64,000 nucleotides of DNA. It comes from Iphione sp. A-MEVVRFRX5 (lineage: Eukaryota). The translations under genes and the position numbers were made by a program. Below the pieces are notes generated by a model that worked only from the letters and a program-made list of their open reading frames with translations, did no database searches and was not told the DNA's origin. This document shows, in pieces, positions 60,623 to 64,000 of this stretch; the stretch's first letter is position 1, and every line of letters begins with the position of its first letter. Location of the stretch: NCBI GenBank assembly GCA_976226885.1, contig OZ320313.1, positions 64,914,001-64,978,000 of the forward strand, read 5' to 3'.

Positions 60623-63177
60623 TTAAACGATACCAGACGTCGATTGCAAATGCCGCTTAGTGAGCCAAGGTCCCTTTCACAACGCCCTCTCGTGTGGGAA
60701 TTTAATCGGTGACGCTAACGAGGGTCTTGTTCGGGCCAGACACGACAGAAAGAGCCAGAGGTTCGTCTGCTTCATTGAAACAATAAAGAAAAGAGACGGA
60801 CAGGCAAAGACACACAAATAGAGACAGACAGGCAAAACAGACAGGTTGGAGGCAGGGAAGGGTAGATGCCGTAAGGGGAAACCGATTCATAGGAAGACGG
60901 TAACAGGGAGTGAAAAAGCAGCAAACGCCCGCTTTGGAGATTGAAGAGAATGTAATCACTCAGCTAGTGGCACGTAGAATAATGTATACCTAGAGGGAGA
61001 GACAGTGCAACATGTAATAGATGTCAGGTTTAAAAGATAAGATTGAAGATGACAGGACGGAAAATTCACGATGAAAGGGAGGGGGAAGTAGAACAAGTTT
61101 AGAACCAAAGTAGGAGAAAGCTTGAGAATGAAGAAAAATCCCTCAACGAAAGCGAGTCAGATACTGTTTGCAGTCAGAATTCAACAATAATTTAACTGTG
61201 GGATACTAGTGGAAAACTGTTTAAAAACAATTTGAGAAATCAGACTTTGAAGACCTCTACTAAGGTCTAATCTTACAAGATATGGTTCATAAAGTGTGAC
61301 TTTCGTCCTCGAGTTTTAATTTAGTTTGAACTTCCAGTCAAATTATGTGTCATGTTACGGAATACTTCAGGTCAAGTTTATCCGGGAAGTGCTTATCTGT
61401 GAAGGCTTTTGAGAAGGTCCCTGAGGCTAGTCCATTCATCAGTTCATCCTCTTTGTCTTTGTTTTATGTCTGGCTTTGAAAGGCAGGAGACTGTCCGGGG
61501 AATCTCCCCGTCATATTGGTCGCTTTCTGCTTATGTGAAGTAGTTCAATGACGATAGAAACGACGTATAAGTAGCGCCAGAATAATATGCGGGGTTCTCT
61601 TGGTCGACGCCGTGTATAATCGAATCACAGTTTGCCCATCCCTCCAGAAGTACTTTAGAAGTTTATTGAATTTGTTTTCTACTATACATTACCCCAGACT
61701 AACAGTACATTGGGGCCTTGTTTGCATTCGACAAGTATTTCATCGATCGTTGTTGGATCCTATTTCTTGTCTATTCGTATTTCCTTCCTTGGATTGGATG
61801 ACTCCTCAGCCTTTGGCTGTTTGTTTGATCTTCGCCATAGGACAGTTTTCGCGTAAGTTTATACAGATTTAATCAAATCTTATATCAGGTGCTGTACTTA
61901 CCCTGGCACATAATGTTCTTACATCGGTGTTGGACACATCCTGCTAGAAATGAAAGGCATTCGGAAGTAGAGTCATTCTTATCATGTTTCTGCGAGCCTT
62001 TTGGTCATTCGTGGCGTGTCGTGAGGTAGGGTTTCTTTGGCGTGAACGTAGTGACAGAGAAGTTGATAGGGCCGAGGATATCTGATAAGTGAAGCTCTTA
62101 GGTGGTGCCTGGATGCAGCTTGCCAGTGGAAATTGAATCCGCCCCAGAAGCGATCGCTCATAATGTATTGAATCGACAGTATAGGACCGGAAAGGCTCGA
62201 GCATTTGAACAATTGCTATATAATACAGATGCCACACACAGTTCACCCAGTATTACACGGTTTGAATCTGCATACAGTGAGAAACAGATGAGGCGACGGG
62301 AAATTGGACAGAGGAAATCAGTGATGTGGCAGTCTCCAATGATGTGGCAGTCTCATGTATTAAACACTGAAGAGGACAAAGCTTGATTGCATTTAGAAGA
62401 CCTTTTTGTCCCAACAGAATGACACAGTCTAACGCGAAGTATAATAGGAGAAATTGTCCCTTCGTTTTCTCTTCTGTTGAAATATAGTAGGGTCTTTCCG
62501 GACTTGGTGTAGTGCGCCAATAATTAAATCACTGGAGAGTTTCAACTTTGTCAGATCTTAGTTTGGGGAGTGAATGCTCAAAGAATCAACAGATAGTCCT
62601 TTGAAGTAATATCTATGTTCCTGCTCGTGTTCTACAAATGTCAGAGTTAATGTGACATCTGTTATCATTTGTATGCCGAGACCCTGAAAAAGGGTTCCCC
62701 TCTGGGGCGCTGTCGGGAGGAGAACCGTTAAGCCATGGATAAGACCAAGTGGATAGCATAAAATTAGTCACGGTAGACTGCTTTGGGTAGCTCTCCCCAA
62801 TATCCTTTCCTCCCCGAGGAATAGACGATGGTATGGAATGTGCAGATACCCTCTTTCAAATTTTTAGTCGCACCCCGTTTATCATGTCTTCGCTAGGCAG
62901 ACACCAGGCGACCTAAGCCCAGATAAATGCTGCTCCCAACTGCAAACTCTTATCTCATTGTCGTCTGCCTTTGCCAGCCAGAAGTCCAGCCAGACATTGA
63001 TGGTTAGCAGGGAACACAGATGTCAGTTTGGGTCCCATCTAGATGAAAAGGAAAGTGCTCTACCAGTGCTTCTACAAAGGGAATTAGAACAGGGTGTATG
63101 TGCTCTTGGTCAAACTGGCACGACAGTACATGTACATGTATATGCCATCATGCCCAGCTAAGTAAGGAGATAGATAG

Positions 63178-63180
<3 letters not shown>

Positions 63181-63234
<54 letters not shown>
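63181..63234. repeat. (GA)27 microsatellite
   Basis: Directly visible. Confidence 0.97.
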
Positions 63235-63236
<2 letters not shown>

Positions 63237-64000
63237 CAGATGTGTCGCCGTTCTAGCTTAAGTAGAGGCGATGCCTGCTTGAGCTACTCCATGCATTACG
63301 GGGTTTGTTCATCATTGTCGGTGTTCACACCTAAGAAGATACAGTTAAACCTCATTTTAGGGTCTTGTTTCATAACTGCTTGTCCGAAAAGTAAAGGCAG
63401 AGGAAATGGTCAACGCAGCAGTTCTGCAGGAATATAAATTAGACAAGATAGCTGGATTGTGAGGGAAGATGGATGAGGGTATGCTTTCTTAACCAGTACT
63501 AATTTAAAGAACTGATCGAGGAACATATCCACATAGGGGTTTATACATAGCAAGAAAGCAAAAGATATCTACTATTAGAGGAGACCAGAGCAGATTAGAA
63601 ATATTTTTTAATAGCGAATTTTATTTACGTTGATAAGCGTCGAGATAATCTAACCAGACTGTCAGCCAGACAAACAGACCTTTCCGATTAAAAGAATGAC
63701 TCGGTTTTATTTTGGGTTGTCAGCAGAGGAACGATAGGTAATAACTATTGATAGGTAATAACTGTTGACGGTTGTGTTCTAGTAGTACACTAGCATAGAA
63801 AACGTCTCGGGCAATCAATAGGCACAGATTTGCTGAAGTTTACCGATGACTGGATCCGAAATAGCCTCTGACGGAAATCCCAATATACCGATTACACTTT
63901 TAAGCTCTGAGAAAATAGTTCCTGGATTCTTACAGTCTCATCATGGCACAGGATCACTGAGTTACAGTGTTATCCTCCCGTATACATACTTTATCTAGTG

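Noticed and set aside
1-64000. tRNA, rRNA or tRNA-derived SINE
   Set aside because: No convincing A-box/B-box pair, cloverleaf or rRNA-conserved segment was seen by eye; tRNAscan-SE or Infernal would be needed to exclude them formally.

Overview
Eukaryotic, gene-poor, repeat-rich genomic DNA from an animal, with spliceosomal introns, microsatellites, MITEs and one 172-N scaffold gap. A marine invertebrate, possibly a cephalochordate, is inferred from the vertebrate-like IQ motif and strong TACATGTA enrichment. There are no prokaryotic features, CRISPR arrays, rRNA or tRNA. The one recognisable host gene is the 5' part of a SCHIP1 / IQCJ-SCHIP1 homologue on the + strand. A 1405-nt exon (39028-40432) starts with an IQCJ-like IQ motif (IQRAWRQYKRHK) and ends with the SCHIP1 'P..DW..LE..L' motif, so the two parts that vertebrates join by read-through splicing lie in one exon here. 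A phase-consistent chain of small upstream exons behind a double-CRE promoter (37284-38213) and a possible short alternative first exon (MGISQSRLQE, 47447-47476) are proposed. The C-terminal SCHIP1 exons were not found and probably lie beyond the window. Mobile DNA: a 5'-truncated L2/CR1-group LINE with an open RT frame (about 22670-24120), a decayed DIRS-type gag-RT fragment (about 10210-12026, - strand), four MITEs (TA, TAA and TTAA target duplications, plus one hAT-like), and several unclassified decayed coding patches.
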